A stretch of DNA of 64,000 bases from Lingula anatina (lineage: Eukaryota > Animalia > Brachiopoda): positions 24,270,934 to 24,334,933 of the forward strand of contig CM120645.1 in assembly GCA_051362555.1 (NCBI GenBank), written 5' to 3'. The notes under the pieces were generated by a model. The model worked only from the letters and a program-made list of their open reading frames with translations. It searched no databases and was not told where the DNA came from. Both the position numbers and the translations under genes were made by a program. Of this stretch, positions 63,242 to 64,000 are shown in pieces (position 1 is the first letter of the stretch; every line of letters begins with the position of its first letter).

Positions 63242-64000
63242 ATGCGGACCGCTATATACATGAGAAATGTCTTGGTTATAGTGTTGATGATCCTGGTGAT
63301 AAAAACGTTGTACACAATCGTATATGTCAGATATGGACCTAACAGAGAAGTAAACGCTCATGGGAAGATTACCTTAGACGTGTTAGATTTACAGCTGCCG
63401 ACGAAAGGCGATTTCAAATGTGTCGAATTGAAAGTAACCAGCACAATATCGGCGCCTATCTGTGTCTATGAAGTCGAAGAAGACAAATATGTCTCCGGCG
63501 GTTTATCTAATGGCGGCATTTGGCAGAAAGATAACATTGAAGTGTTTCGCTTACTGGCAAATGAAGATCCTGAACTCAATTTGATAGATCTTGGTGCGAA
63601 TTTGGGAACATGGACAATTATTGCTGCAGCACTTGGAAAACAGGTGATCGCCGTCGAACCTTTCCCGCCAACAATCTCTCGTCTGCACAGAAGTTTGCAA
63701 TTGGGTCACTTGGAATCTAGAGTGACTTTGGTGACAAACCCACTGTCGGACAAATACGAAGATGTCGTGTTCAAAGTTTATCCCAGCAACAAAGGTGGAG
63801 TCGCCATCGCGGCGAAAAATAGTTCCGGGGACTTACTGGACCATAGCACTGTTAAAAAGACGACCACTTTGAACGACCTCGCGAGTATTATACCAGGCGG
63901 ATTTAACAAAGCTTTCATGAAAATGGATATAGAAGGCATGGAACTTAAAGCTTTGAATGCATCTGACGTTTTATTCTCTGTTGTAGATATTCCAGTTATA
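63242..64000 (+). CDS. FkbM-family methyltransferase, copy 5 (truncated by the window end)
   Basis: Manual translation from ATG 63242: MRTAIYMRNVLVIVLMILVIK..LDLQLPTKGDFKCVELKV..LIDLGANLG..KMDIEGME..VVDIPVI. Open to the window end and absent from the ORF track. Confidence 0.88.
   Translation, partial: MRTAIYMRNVLVIVLMILVIKTLYTIVYVRYGPNREVNAHGKITLDVLDLQLPTKGDFKCVELKVTSTISAPICVYEVEEDKYVSGGLSNGGIWQKDNIEVFRLLANEDPELNLIDLGANLGTWTIIAAALGKQVIAVEPFPPTISRLHRSLQLGHLESRVTLVTNPLSDKYEDVVFKVYPSNKGGVAIAAKNSSGDLLDHSTVKKTTTLNDLASIIPGGFNKAFMKMDIEGMELKALNASDVLFSVVDIPVI

Noticed and set aside
40872-64000. Bacterial contamination as the source of the FkbM genes
   Set aside because: They are interleaved with spliced animal genes, microsatellites and a eukaryotic transposon, and carry secretory-pathway-type anchors.

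Overview
Eukaryotic, intron-containing, AT-rich animal DNA. The gene content suggests an invertebrate, probably a lophotrochozoan (inference). Left half: the first two coding exons of a GATA1/2/3 transcription factor on the minus strand, with the zinc-finger exons beyond position 1. Its promoter is followed by a ~32 kb gene-free upstream region carrying several dense clusters of GATA motifs. Right half is a dynamic accessory cluster. It holds a divergent 3-exon SLC35A-type nucleotide-sugar transporter, five intronless type-II-membrane FkbM (Methyltransf_21) methyltransferase paralogues (the fifth runs off the window and is absent from the ORF track) and a decayed sixth fragment. It also holds an apparently intact 4.4 kb DD35D pogo-superfamily DNA transposon whose spliced transposase ends in a PHD-like finger, a 5-exon DEG/ENaC channel, and the 3' six exons of a VWDE-like/EGF/C-type-lectin gene that seems to host two of the methyltransferases in an intron. 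The best candidate for an undescribed system is a Golgi glycan O-methylation cluster (transporter + methyltransferase array + lectin). All exon structures were read by hand from splice signals and frame continuity; no database search was run.
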